58,870 bases of DNA, taken from assembly GCF_002571385.2 (NCBI RefSeq), contig NW_019217873.1:211642-270511 (forward strand), in the 5' to 3' direction. The notes under the pieces are model-generated. The model searched no databases. It saw nothing but the letters and a program-made list of their open reading frames with translations, and was not told where the DNA came from. Shown here piece after piece: positions 37,738 to 52,188 of this stretch (its first letter is position 1; every line of letters begins with the position of its first letter). The position numbers were made by a program, and so were the translations under genes. This stretch comes from Stylophora pistillata. Its lineage: Eukaryota.

Positions 37738-38193
37738 ACCTCAAAACAGAAAATGATAGACATGAGGCGGATAAAGAAGATGAGTAATTCAAAAAGGGAC
37801 ATATTTCTCTTATACTTTACCGAGGAGGGTAATCGGTAAGGTAATCAAAGTCGGTTCATGAGACAAAATTCCTGAATCAAGGCCTATTCAACAAACGAAA
37901 TTAACATTTTACTTGGAATAAACCCATTTCATCAGAAGATAAGAATACAAGTTAAAAGGTTGTCCAGCGTACGCGGAGGAGCAATTTACCAAGTACTTGC
38001 CCCAAATACGTTAAACAGGGATGAACTGTCTACAATAAAATATTTTAACACACTTTTGCCGAAGGCAAGGTTTTGTCCCGATTTTTTTTTCCCTTTCTTT
38101 GATATTGTTACCGTCGAAATCTTATTTCGACAAAGTATATCAAATAGTTTAGCACTTCAAAAAAACTGCCAAGCAATAAACTACTGAACTTAC

Positions 38194-38330
38194 CTGTACT
38201 GACAGAAGGGAACCCTCCGTTGATTGCCCTCCTCTACATTCTAAGTTGTTCTCTATTTAAAGCAAACTATCATCCCGTGGAAATTGTTGTGCAGTCTTGC
38301 AATGGAAATCTGGTCGTGCTCTGATTGGCT
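38194..38330 (-). promoter_or_regulatory. Putative core promoter and non-coding exon 1 of lyase copy 1
   Basis: CCAAT (38324-38328), TTTAAATA (38254-38261), and a short exon ending CAG|GTAAGT at 38194. Conserved at 57641-57775. Confidence 0.6.
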
Positions 38331-41300
38331 GTGTAACAACTTATTACTAAGTCTCCTACAAGACAATTGAATCATGAGGGGATGACAGCAGAAATTTACG
38401 ATCGAAATGCAAGAAGAAATATGGTTATGAACTAATAACCTGCTTTTGACATCAGAGAGCAGAGTTTCTGTGTGAGGTGACAAAGTTTACTTGTACATCT
38501 GCCATAACAGGACTGTATGCAAGAGTTCAATGGAACTAGGAGATTATGACAGCAGAGAAAAATGTTTAAAACGTGTAGAACATGTTTACCTTGGTTATGA
38601 ATTGATGACTCGCTTCTGATACAAGAGAGCTCAAGAAATGAGGGAGATAACAACGATAAACCAATTCTAAATCTGCTTTTACCGGACAGTATGCTGTAAG
38701 TTAATGGGATCGTAAAGCGTGAAAGCAGGCATTACGTCACTGACCGTAACGATCTGGAAAAATTGAGAACCTGCTACTTTTAATTACAAAAATCAGCTAA
38801 GAAACTTTTCTAACGAAACGTTAAACTCTTTCCAATTCTTTTTGAGATAAACCTTCCACGAATTAACAGATTCGACTGGAAGATATCATAAATTTTTTCA
38901 TAAGGTGGCTCACATTTGTCACGATCTTCTTACTCACTTTTCGAAAGAGGGCAGCATTGCAACATTGCATGATTAACGAAAAAGCGATAACCATAAAACT
39001 CCAAATGAAAGGAGCAACCTGCTTTTCACGGCAGAAATTGTGACTAATGAGATATTACCAGTTGAAAGTTACTTCCACTAACAAATTTCTCTCCCCACCA
39101 TTTTTTTGTCGCTAGAACCTGTGTCTGCCATAAAAAAAAGAAAAAACCAAAAACATTTTGATCTCTTATGAACTCACAACCACTTGCCATGTCTGTAAAA
39201 ATGTATTGTAAATGCCGGAGACCGCATTAAATAAAGAGAGGGCCTTCATTTCAGCCGTGATCATGAGTTTGGCTAAGACGTTATCTGCATTAAAGTTTTC
39301 TAGTAACATTGTTAACAGTTCCTTCTTGAATTTTTTCTTAACATGCAGTTCAGATTCGAAATCTGATACTCAAATTACTAAAGCGTGATCGTGAACAATC
39401 TTAAAAATGCAGGACAACAGCATGGTAGGACACTAAGGTTCATGGGATGCGATCCTGGTGGATGAATCGCGTATGACTGTCCCACATTTGCTAGACAATG
39501 AATATCATCTTTCTATCCAAAAAAAAGATCAGCAAACAGTTTTTGTATTTGTAATCAGTTCAAGGATAATTTGATTTAAATATCTATGAACATCTTACAT
39601 TTTCCTTCTTTTTTCTTTTCTTGTGTATCTTTTTATGTTATTTTTCTCTATTTTCGCTTTCCAGTGTAATATCAATTAATTCGTTACGAAGAAAAATTGA
39701 CCCGCCTCGATTTTCATTTGCTATCTGCGGGTTAAAGGAATATCTTGTAAGTATATAGGAAAACAAAAATAAAATTGGGTGTGAAAAAGTGTGTGAAATA
39801 TAGCTCTTTAAAATGCAGTATCGTGTGGTCCACACTAAGATAGTGAGCCATCTAGTTACAAATTAAATCCCATAGAGAACAACTCAGTAAAAGCCATAAA
39901 ACGCTTTCGGTGTCTCGCTACACATTTCATAATCGTCTTTACTGACTATAAAGCCTTAGAATTAAAAAAGTAGCACACCCGAGCTTGAGGGCAGAAAAGC
40001 TGTGTTTCAAATCCAAATAATTGACAAGGTCAAAAAAACAACCTGCCTTTGTTACCAAAAATATCTCGAGCACTAGTAAATAACATCAATTAGCATTTTT
40101 CTATTCTTTACATGTTGATATTTTGACAATGATTTCCAAAGAGTCATCTGACCGCTCTAAAATTGTCTCTAGATGTGCTAAAAGAAAAAGGGGCACGAAC
40201 ATCGCAACATTTGGAAAAAAATGAGTAACCTTTCAGTACTATCTTATTCATTGCTGTGTGGGAGCATAGCATTACAAAAACAGGTCATGGACAGCGAAAA
40301 AGCGTCAGCTAACCAGTAAACCTTGAATTAAACGAGCAACCAGCTTCTTACAGAAGGAACTCTGATTAATAAATGAGATATAACCTTTCCCTAACACAAT
40401 TTTCACCATTTTTCTGTGTCTAAAACCACAGCCTGCTATAAAAGACTATTTTAAACTTAATCTCTAATGAACTGGAAATGCCAGAGACTACATAAGATAA
40501 AAATAGGGCCTACTTTTCAGCTGAGAATGTGAGTCTGGCCAACACATAATCGACACGAACTTTTTATAGAAAATTGTTAGGAGTTCTTCCTTGACTTTTT
40601 AGCTTGTGGGAGGAAAACTATGTTCCAAACCCCACGAATTGACCGGGTTGAAGAAAAAAAAATCAGCCTGCCTTTCTTGTGAAAATTTACTGAATCCAAG
40701 AGAATTCGTCCAGCATTTTTTTTCTTCATAAGTAGCATGTTGTATACATGATCTCAAAATGATAATCTAATCGCTCCAAAGTTGTCTTTAAAAGTGCTCA
40801 AAACTAGAATACGGACGCCGCCATATTGAAAAATAATTCTAGTATCCTAGCCTCACACCCATGACGTCCCAGTTTTAGTTCATTGGTATTCGGGTTACCA
40901 CCAAAATTTTGTCATTTGAGTCGAGAATTAGAATACCATTTACGTAGGTTGCTTAGAGGTTGAAAAATTAAGAAATAGAGAGAATTTGCCAGGTCACAGG
41001 AAGGAGGCCAGGGATCCCGTTTCTCGAAAGTCCCGGTGCCCTTTTAGGGTTTGATTAGATATCTCATGATCTTAGTTCTAAGAAATAGCAGCGCGGGTCT
41101 TAGCTAAAAAATCAGTTCATTCAGTTTCGTCTCCCTAATACATCACGTTTTTCTGCTGAAATTAAAAAAAATTGACATATTAATATTAATGCGAACATGG
41201 CCAAATTGTGAATTGGATAATCTGTCAAATTTGTTGAGAGCAAAGAGACTCTCTTTGAAGGTAGCTAGAACAAATTTTATGGAATTTGAGTCTTAAAAAA

Positions 41301-41693
41301 GGAAGCGTTTTACTTAGACTTTCAATGAGAAACAAGATATTATAATCTCCCGTTCTATGTCAATCCTCTAGAACGCCTTGCTTTAATTTTGGGGGGTGCT
41401 GCTGAAGGGTGGGCACAACAGGGAGCTGCTGAACGGAGTAACAAGTGAATTCGCCAGTTCGCCCCCAATCACCTTTGTGAGTTCTCCCCTTAACGTTAAT
41501 TATAACATAACCAAAGTAAAGCGCGCGCTCTGATTAGTCAATTTAGCGTCCCCCATTTGCCCATGGGTGTACGCTGCTGACGTGAGCAAATGCAAAGACT
41601 ATTTTTCCGCGTGCGATTGTTTTTTCCGTCACGTAAGATTTGTTAAATAAAAGGGAACTCTTTAGCTACAATGTATCAATGTTATATTATAAA

Positions 41694-41844
41694 ACAAATG
41701 GTAAACACCACAGCGTACACTCAAGAAGCTAGAGTCGCTCTCGGCTAGCGCCTCGAGCGACTCTTACGCTTCTTTCTTGCTTAGCAACCTCCCGCGTGCA
41801 TCCATAACTCAATAGTGTACGCTGTGGTGTTTACCATTTGTTAA
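41694..41844. repeat. Palindromic MITE-like repeat
   Basis: aacaaatggtaaacaccacagcgtacact ... agtgtacgctgtggtgtttaccatttgtt, with an internal hairpin. Confidence 0.7.
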
Positions 41845-42888
41845 AAGAGTTCGCTCCACCTTTACCAATTCGCACGCAAATAAATCGACTCGTTTTCCGG
41901 CCTTAGAGCATGTTTACGTCCTGTCGAAATCATGATACTTTTGCGACCAACATACAATTTTCACAGCCACACCATAACATCGAGTTAGGTCAACAGCAGG
42001 GCTGTTACAATCAATACTTACAATCAATACTTTGAAGCGCTTTTATATCTCCTCCTAAAATCCGAGTCCCTCTAATTTCTCTACATAAAAAAAAAATTGC
42101 AAAGGAAAAATGCTGGAGTTTCCTTCGTTTCACAAAACTAGCAGTCTTGTTGTTTGTCTTCGCTTCATAGCTGTTGCTTTCTCTGCGTGAAAGACGGATT
42201 GTAACAAAAGCACATAGAAGCCTCTATTTGGCTTCTTCAGTAAATTCTCTTGTGCATTAAGGGTAGTAGGAATCTGGCTATTTTCAATACCTTCAAACTG
42301 TATTGTGGGGATAGGAGCTCACTGTCATGATGTATGGGGCTCAAGACTTATTCTGAACTGTACATCCGGGAATCGTAATCACAGAGAGGTAAACAGTAAT
42401 GTTGGAGTTTGCAGAGATTTCTTTTACTGTAAATACGGAAAAGTTTAGTTTTGTGGAAAAGTGAAAATAACACATAAGTCATGTCACAATTTCATATTGT
42501 CTTATTTTGACTAATTGACCCACTCGATACCCCTGTAAGAGTATGAGTAGCTATGCGCGGGCAGTCATGAAAAATAGTTTCGAAAGAGTCGCCAATGCAT
42601 TGGTTCCCAGTCTAAAGTCCAAGGGTCATTTATGTTTATATTTTCAATCAAAAAAATTTCCTCCCTCGAAAAATTTCGGAACATATTTAGGAAACAACCA
42701 AATCTACGTATACAACTCAAAGCACGCAAACTCCTTTAATTTATCATTATATGTGGAATAAATATTTCTTGTTGTTAATTATAATCTTAATCAAATATGT
42801 TGTTTAGTATTTGAAATACATAAATATGTTTACAAAGAACGACGTAGATATGTTTCCATGGAAGTAACCACATTAATCCGCTAATAAT

Positions 42889-45800
42889 TCAACAATTTAT
42901 TTTCGTCAGTTTAACTTCCACGCTGAATCCGTTCTTCAAATTGGCAAAGACCAGTTTGTTTCCTCGGCTCGGTTTCTCGGTTACTGTTCTGACCACGTGA
43001 ACCCTTGGCTCATAGCCAGTTGGAGAACCATGTACCTTGGGTAGTTCTGGAAGAATAGTGCTCACAGTGCGTGCTAAGGTGACTAAGACTTGGATCTCAT
43101 CGCTCTCTATTCGGAACCTCTCCCGAGCTCCAATGTCGCGAATGGTTCGCAAGACTTTAGAACCAGGGAAATTAAGGTCGGGGTAACTGATGCTTAAATA
43201 CAGCTCCTCGAAAGTTTCTTCAGCCATGATCCTGCACTGTCTGTCTACTGCTGTAACAACCCCCCAGGAAGGAAGAGGGATAGATGACGTCGCCTGGAAA
43301 AACACGTAACCATAGAGTGGACGCCGGATGGTATTACGTTCAGGAGATCTTTCAAATCGAACCACATGAGCCTCATCGTCTTGCTTTATAACCCTGTAAA
43401 GCTTAATGGTTTTATCAGTTTCCTGCTTTTTCCAATAATAGTCAGCAGAGCCTTTATATGAAGGAGTATTTATGTGAATAGCGTACTCGTAGCTTCCATC
43501 TCGTCCACTGTGCTCAAGCCAGGCAGTTCCGTAGGTGCCGCTGGATGGTTTAGCCGAGGCTGTTTGCGAGTTTTGTGTTTGTACATGAACATTAAGATTG
43601 GGTGCACTTGCTCTTGGTATGTAGTAGCTGTTGCCTTTGGTGTCCACCAGAGTTGTGTATTCCTTTGCCGGAGAAGATGGGGACAAAACTGGGTTAATGG
43701 CTTTAAAAGGAGTTGAATGATCTTTTCGCTCATCATCAACTTTAATGAACGAGCTGTCACTTATCAGTTTGTCTTGGAAAAGGGTCGTTTGCGCTTGTGT
43801 TGCCCTACCTCTGTTTACGTTAATGTTGCTTCCAAGACAGACCAACACGTTTTGAAAAAAGAAAACAGATTTCTTAAAGTGGAGATTGATTTTGGGATCG
43901 TCTGCGTAAGTAAATCTGTAATTTGGTTGGTTAAAGTCCATGCCAAATAGTCCACTGGATAAAGACTCAAATCCTCTGTAGGAAACTCCTCCAGCAAAGG
44001 AGTTGGGACTGAAGTTTCTTGCTCTGCTCACCCTTGTCTGAGCAAGAGTAAGGGTCATCGTTGTGGCTCCAGGTATTTTTGTCCAATCCCATCCATTGTT
44101 TATATCGTGAGCCTTCAATGCTTCTTCGCTGTTCGCTATTGACATTGAACCATGACTCTGATAGGTACCAAACACATTTTCTTTTTTTCCCTTTGTAGAT
44201 CCCTCAAAGTCCCAGACAAAGCGATTAAAGCCTTTTATTGTCACTGCCCAGTCCTTACGACGATGAACTGAAAGAGCTGCAAAGTTTTTGGACCAATGAC
44301 CTTCAGGAGAGAGCTCAGGAGATGTACCTTTAGAAAAGACCTATAATCGAGAAACAAAGAAGAAAATCAGCAAAGAAGCTTAAAATCAAAACATAACTTT
44401 GCACCAAGTCGTTTAGCTAAAATCTGAGCTAGAAAATTCAGGTTATAAGGTTATAAGGTTATAATTCAGGTTATAAGGTTATAAAAATCTAAGGCTATCA
44501 ATATCTCGAAAGAATACGCCTTCCAACTCTCTTTTAAGCTGTTTTTTAAGACGTTGGTCCTTCATCCTATCGTTATAAGGTTGCGGTGTAGTGTTGTATT
44601 GCACGAAGGAGAGTTACAAGTCCCAACAAAGTAGTGTATTGTGCAAAATGCAGGACGTTAGATAGCAACATATCTATTGTTGAATCGTTACTTACAAACA
44701 AGTTTTTCATCGAAATATCAAAGAGATCAATTTTTTAATGTGAAGCAACACAATCATATTAAGCCCAATTTCGACGAAGTCTCGCATTGGAATTGCAATG
44801 AAAAAGGATGAACTCGCGTTGAATTCTCCTTTTTCCCTTTTTGTATCAATTATTTCAAATACTTGGCCTGTAACAAACTGGAAGGTCACGAAATTCCCAA
44901 GTTATTGGTTACCACAAAAATAAGGTCTCAAAAAGGGGTGTAGCGTGTCCAATACCGCATTGTTGTTTTACCGATAGGAATGTGATTCCTTACACTACAA
45001 AAAAATCTGATAAGAATCCTTCAAGATCGAGGTAAGCAACTATATGATAAGCATTCAGCAACGTTCAGTTAATAAACTCACGGTCGATATAATTTTCAGT
45101 GATCCAAGACTGTTCATATACGATTTTCCCCTGTTAACCGTTCCATCTTCCAAGTACTTTTTAACAAACTCGTCTGTAGGTTGGTACAAACGTAAAAACA
45201 TCCCAGCGTTCTTCACAGCAGGAACCGAGATTTCTTCAGCAGGGGTCGATGCCAGAGGCCCAGACGGATGGGAAACACTGATGTAGGCGTATGCTGGAAG
45301 AATCTTTATCAAAACCTTCTTGGAATAGTCTACAAAACGTCCACCGACACTGCTTGGTGTTGAATACTTTACTGCTACCAGCCTTAATGTCTCAAGGGCT
45401 TCGCGTAAATTTTGTTTCGACTCATCTGACAGTGCAAATTCCGTTCCTTCTAGGAGGTATTGCACTTGCGCAGCTGTATGATATGCCTGTGGAGCATACG
45501 CAGATGCATAGAATGTCATGTGATGAAAGCCTGTATAATCAGGTTTGATGACTCCTCCAAAGGCTTTGTTGATACTCAGGGCATTATCCATCCATCTTTT
45601 CAGAGCATCCATATCCCTCTGCCTTTCCTTTTTTTCCACATCCGACTCAGCAGGCATTATCAACACAATCATGAGCCGAAACAACATTATTGTGATCATT
45701 CTGTCAGCAGTTGTTCCACTAAACTCGAAAGACGATTGATAAACTTCACCAAAATCATTATACCACTTGGCAGTATTTATTAAGTTCAAAAGTCTTGCTC

Positions 45801-47595
45801 TGTTGTTAGGATCCCCATGCAAGGCGTCTTTCAGCAAGAAAAGAGTGTGAGTGTACCCTGCACCACCTCGGTTCATTTCATGATCCAGAGAGCCTATTGC
45901 ACTCCCGTCAGCCCATCCTTGGTCTTCAATGTAATCAAGCAGTTTAAATACTCTTTTAAGGCGGTTTTTGTTTTCTTCATTCAATATTTTGCGCACTTGG
46001 TCCTCTTTGTAAGGTTTACTCAGACTTTCGAGGTACTTACGAAACTCATCCTGCCTGTTTTCATTTTTTCCACAAATCCTTTCAATAGCACGGTCCACAT
46101 CGCCTTTTTTAGTGGAGCTCAACTTAGTAGTTTCTTCTTTCACAGTCCGGGAAATTTCCTCGGGGCGGGATTTTAGATAATATTCTATCGCTAAAGGTAG
46201 CATGATACGCATTTGGACGAAGCTGAATTTTCTTGTTGGATCTGTCGGGGAATACTTTCGTGTTCCATTGTCACAACCACGACAAAACAAAGGTGGCGCG
46301 GTTATTACTGTCTCTCCTGAGTCTAGGCTCCTGAATTCAAGTCTATTGTATTCCAAATATGCAGCGTCGATGCTACTCGCCAGTTTATCCCAACGCTTCC
46401 TGGCTTCTCCAGAGAAGTCATAGGTAGTTTCCCTTTGATCGCAATACCAGTTTTTCAAGCGACTCTCGATGTGAGTGAGACTCAAGGATTTTGCAGCGAC
46501 GACCGTTTCTGGAAGAGGAGTCGGATCCTTCTGACTCCAACGGTAGCTTTGCTGCCAGGAATTGCTTGAATCATATCGTGAGCCGAATCTAGTGAAAGGT
46601 GGAACTATTTTGTCGCGAGACTGAAATGACATTCCTCTCACAAAGTGAAGCATGTCGATGTATATTGTGTCGTGATGTCTCAAAACAAAATCGACTCTAT
46701 CAATTGCTGCTCGAGAGTGGAGGCTGTGAGCGTAACGTCTGCATTCTCTATAGGACACCCATATTCCTCGCCACCCCTTAAATTCCAAATTGATGTAAAA
46801 CGATCCAACTTGGTTTCCCCGTACAGTGTCTCTAAATCTCACTTGCATACTCCTTCCGGATGAGGCAGTCTCTTTGTAGATCCATATTTTCACGCCTCCT
46901 CGACTTAATTCACTTCCTGTGATGCGGGCGGATCGGGGCCTGCTGTACCTCAGTCGTGATACTCCTGTGGTGCCAGATTCCCATCTCAGTGACCTTTTGC
47001 CGAGCTTGGCTACCGATTTTGGGAATGTTATTGTCCCTCTCATTTCTGGTATACGTCTCAGGCAGTTTTCTTGTGATTCCTCCTCAAAGTCTAATAATTG
47101 CTGACACTCTACAATGAATGCCAAGACAATATTATGATTAAAGGATACCACCATGAAGAAAAGACTGCAACAATTAATGTACGTTTTACCACTGTGAATA
47201 CATTTGGCTTAACTTAGACAATTTTTTTCAAATGTTCAGTGGCGAAAGGGTTGAGATGAGAGCGTTGATCGAATTTTGATTTTCAGTTCTATTCTGAAAT
47301 TTAGGTTCAGAGTACATCGGGAATTTAAAAACCCACCAAGTTTTTGGTTTAGGACATGGATAAACGAACAGGCTTGTGTTTAGAAGTCTGCAAACAGCAG
47401 ATAAATTGAGAACACGGTTTTAAAACAAGAAAGGGAAGTTATCTCTGTACGATCCTGAACTTACTAAACATTGAAGTTGTATGATATATGCAGTAAGCTC
47501 TAACTTACTTAAAACGTACCGTTTTGAGCCGTTGTAAACTCCACTAGGACGAGTGCAAGCCCAAAAACCAGACAAAAACTTCTTCTTCCGGACAT
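42889..47595 (-). CDS. Secreted PL8 chondroitin ABC lyase-like protein, copy 2 (ORF intact, 1184 aa); exons 47520-47595, 45082-47108, 42889-44340
   Basis: Same exon structure and motifs as copy 1. Signal MSGRRSFCLVFGLALVLVEFTTA. Confidence 0.88.
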
Positions 47596-50500
47596 GCCTC
47601 AAATCGGAAAATGATAACGATGAGGAGTTAAGGTGGGCGATTCCCAAAGGGACTACTTTACCAAGAAAGCAGGTCTAAGGTAATCAAAGTGGGTTCGTGA
47701 GAAAATATTCCTACACGCTGATTGGTATGATTGGGTGATTGGACACTGAGTTTGACTGGGCGTTATCATTGTGATATATAATGAGTTTCATACTTGGTGA
47801 TGAATCCACCTCAATAAACCTCCTGCATATTTTTGGGGGTGTAATAAACGTCTTTCAAATACGGGAGGGTTTCTGGAGAAATTATCAAATGCTTTCGTTA
47901 TAGATTTAAAAAATATAAAATGATAAAAAATGTAAAAAATACTATTTAAAAAGCCAAATTTAGAGACTGCTATTGAAAGTCATTAAATTATATTGACTCA
48001 GTGAACATCAAAGGTTGTCTATCAAAACGTTTTGAAGAAGTTTGCGAAGATGGAATGTTACGAGGCATTTGCCCCAAATACAGTAGACAGAGAGATCAAA
48101 GTAATGCGTAGGTAACCAAAAACCATGCAATGAAAAGTCCATGATAAAATATCCGCTGAACGCACCTTTTCTGAAGGCAATATTTTCTCCCGATCTTCTT
48201 CCTTTTCTGTGATATTGTTTCGGCCGAAACCTAGTATCGACAAAGTGTATCCAATAGTTAACCACTTTTCTTTTTAAAGCAAGCTATCATTCAGTGGAAA
48301 TTGTTGTACATTTTAGTAAAGGAAATCTGGTCGTGCTCTGATTGGTTGTGTAACATATTATTACTAAATCTCCTGTGAGGCAATTGAATCGTGAGGGTAT
48401 GACAGCAGAAAATTACGATTGAAATGCAAGAAAGAGACATAGTTATAAATCTATAACCTGCTTCTGACATCAGAGAGCAGAGTTTATTTGTGAGATGACA
48501 AGAAAGAGACATTATAAATCGATAACCTGCTTCTGACATTAGAGAGCAGAGTTTATGCGTGAGGTGACAAAGTTTACTCATCTTTAAATCTACTTTAATA
48601 GGACTGTATACGAGACTTCAATAGAATCAGGAGAGTATGACAGCAGAAAAAAATGATTGAAATGCTTGGAAGATGTTTGCCTTTGTTGCGAATTAATTAC
48701 CTGCTTACAGGAGAGCTCAGGCTATGGGAGAAATGTTGACAATTAAAAATTTATTCCTAAATAAACACTATGCTGTAAGTCCAAGGAATCATAAAGCGTA
48801 CTAGCAGGAATTACGTCACGGGTTGGCCATAACGATCACGAAAAATGGACAACCTGCTGCTTTTAAGTAAGAACCTTTATTTCCAAAACGTTTTACTCTT
48901 TCAAATTCTTTTTATGATGAAGCTCCCAATGATTAAGACCTAGATTCGATAAGAAGCGGATTTGATGGCAATTTTCATTTGGGGATAGGTACACCTCCAG
49001 TTCATTGACTAGAAGGAGGACAACATCACTCTTGAACAATGTACCGCCAACGAACTGAAAAGCGACAGCTAACAAGCGAACTCCTAACCAAACGTTCAAC
49101 CTGCTTCTCATAGTCAATGAGATATTACTTTAGTTTCTCTCACCAGCACAAATCCCCCCCGCCCCCACCCTCGTATCATTTTTTGTGGCTAGAGCCACTG
49201 TCTACTATATGGAAAAAAAATTTTTTCACCTTAAACTTTTTGATCTCTTATGACCCTACAACCAATTTTCGTGTCTGTGAAGATGTAGGGGAAAGTCCAG
49301 AGACAGCACTAGATGAAAACAGAACCTACACATCAGCCTAGTGTATGAGGTTGGCTAAGATGTATTCTACCTGAAACTTTTCTTGACTTTTCCTTAAACA
49401 TACAGCTTAGATTCAATGTCCGTCACTCGAATCACTAAAGTGTGATCATGATCCACATCTAAAATATAAGAGAACAGAACGGTGGGACGCTTTTATATAG
49501 GATTACGATACTGGAAGGTGCATGGGATTCGAATCCTCGTGAACGAATCGCACGTTTTGTAACTGTCCCACGCTCGCCACTACAATGAGTTTCATATTTC
49601 TCTAAAAAAGAAAATCGTTACCAAATACCTTTTGGGTAAATGTATTTACTTCGGGCTTAATTTGGTTCAATGGTGTGAAATTATTCAAAATGCAATGTTT
49701 CCTCAACTCTGATAACACTAAAAAATAATAGCCTACTTTAAGATGAAAGGCTATCTACAAAATAATCCCGAAGAGAATAACTCAGTGAAAGCCACTGATG
49801 AAACTTGGGGTATCTGACTACACATTTCAAACTCTTCTTTGTAAGGTGGAAAGCTTTGCAATGAAGACAATATCTTACCCGAGCTTGAGAGCAGAAAACT
49901 GTGTTCCAGACCAAAACAATTTATTAGGGTTGAAAGAACAACCTGACCTTATTATCAAAAATATCTTGAGTACGAGTGAAATCCGCCAAAACTGTTTTCT
50001 ACAAGTAGAAAATTGTGCAAATGATTTCCAAAGAGTAACCTAACTGCTGGGAAAAAAGGGAATTTTGTTGCATAGCCATGGCTTCCCAGAGTAAGTTCAC
50101 AAACAACTGTAGCCCTGGTTATCACCAGAATTTTATCAATCCAGAAGATGGAAAAATTAGAGAGAGAGGCAGACTTTTCAAGGTCACAAGTTTCTTAAAA
50201 GCCCCGGTAACTCGCTCAGTGTTAGGGCTCAACGTGATATTTCATGATCAAAATCTAAGAAAAAATAGTGCAAGACATGGTTCAAAATCAATCCATTCAG
50301 TTTCGTTTCCTGATACACCATGTTTTTCTGTTTGATATTATAAGGATAATGATAATATCTTATTTTTGGATGAAAACAAGGCAAAATTTGAATTGAATAC
50401 GATCAAATTGGTTTAGAGCGAGCTTTCGTTGAATGCAACAAAGACAAAACTTTTAAGGAATTTAAACCTTGGTAAAGAGGCATTTCATTTCGACTTTCAA

Positions 50501-52188
50501 GTCGTCATCAATAAGAAGCCCAGGAGACAGGTCAATGAAACGGTTTTTCGTCGATGAAAATAAAAACTTAACATGGAAGTCGAAAATATCTAACGCAGCA
50601 TATAGTTAAGAATCTAAATCTATCGTTACAATTCTTAGATCTAGTTTTTTTCTTCCTAAGTCAATGACACCTCCATACCCGAATTATCTAAAATCATTAT
50701 TATCACTTTGTCGGGCATCGTGATACGTTTTTGCTGGCTAAAATTAGAGTATGGCGGGCTAAAATAAGCCAATGAAAGATGAGAATCAAACAATCATACG
50801 GTGAAAAGCAGCCAATTAAATTCGAGAAACCCTAGCTTTGTTCGCGCCCTCTTCTTGCAGTCGGTGCAAAGATACACGATCTTTTCAAAGTCCAAATGAT
50901 GTCTGAAAATGTATAATTCAACGGAGAATCAATCTTCTGAGCCACGAATGATGTTTACGGCTATTCTCAGAGTTCATTTAAACCCTCGCCTGGAGGCTTG
51001 GGTTAGCTAGAACAAGTTTGAGTCTGGCCCCCAGCATATTGATGCCCGCAAACATAAAATCTATTGTCTTATTCTACGAAGGCACGTCCATTTGAGATGA
51101 TATAAATAAACAAAGAGGCACGTACTGCCGATTTGGTTCTAACATGTGGCTAAATTAGTTAAAAACGCACGCACAAAATTACCCTGCTAACTAGCTTTTA
51201 TTTGGTTTCACAACGACCAGAAGACAAAAGCAACTTCCGTTCCAAAATAACAATAACATGATTGACAACCTCGTGAACGTACACACATTCCTGCTTGATA
51301 CGGTGAATGAATGGAGAAGAATAAACTGTGCATACCGTAATGATTCGATTTAGTGCCTTCGTTTCCCATAAGTGTTTCCTCTCCAGAAAGCACCCACCTC
51401 GAATTTGGTTTTGCTTGATAAGCTCCCCTAACCCTAAACTCTTACTTAAAGGTGGAGCGGCCACTGAACAGCCACTTAGCGCTTTCTTTACACGCCTCTC
51501 CTATGCAAACACAATAATTTCGGCCCGTCCTTTCTAGCTAGAACGACCAGTAAAGCAATCGTTACAAAATTTTTAGAAGAAATCAGGCAGTCGTTTGAAG
51601 GAGCTGTGCACTCACATGGACATAAAAATCGAGAGACTGAGATGAAAGCCACTTCTTTCTTAACGAGGCTTTAGGTGAGCAATTAAAGGAAGATAAACCA
51701 CGGTTGATCGCAATAAAGAGATTATGTCTCAATTTACATGTACTCGAGCAGTGCAGTATAACTTAAACCAGATAGGGGTGCTTATTAGAATAGGTCTGGA
51801 TTAAGCTTTGAAACAAATCTTCGAAGCATCTTCATTTTGCAAAACAGGTTATCAGGATCGTAAACGAGTCAAATGAAGACGCTCATACAGATCTTATTTT
51901 CAAGAAACTTAACTTGCTTTAGTTTCACGACATCCATTTGGTACACTGATTATGTTCATGTTCTCATTCAAAAAGAATTTTCGTCCCTCAAAAAATTTCG
52001 AAATGAATTCGCGAGAAACAACCAAATCCTCAAGTACATCACAAAAAACGCAAACTCCTTTAATTTACCATTGCGTAGCATAAGTATTTCCTTTTATTTA
52101 AATCAAACCCTCAATCAAATATGTCATATAATATTTGAAATACATGTTAGTGTATACATAGAAGTAACCACATTAATCCGCTAATAGA

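Noticed and set aside
44438-44484. (GGTTATAA)n telomere-like run
   Set aside because: Not TTAGGG. A short intronic simple repeat.
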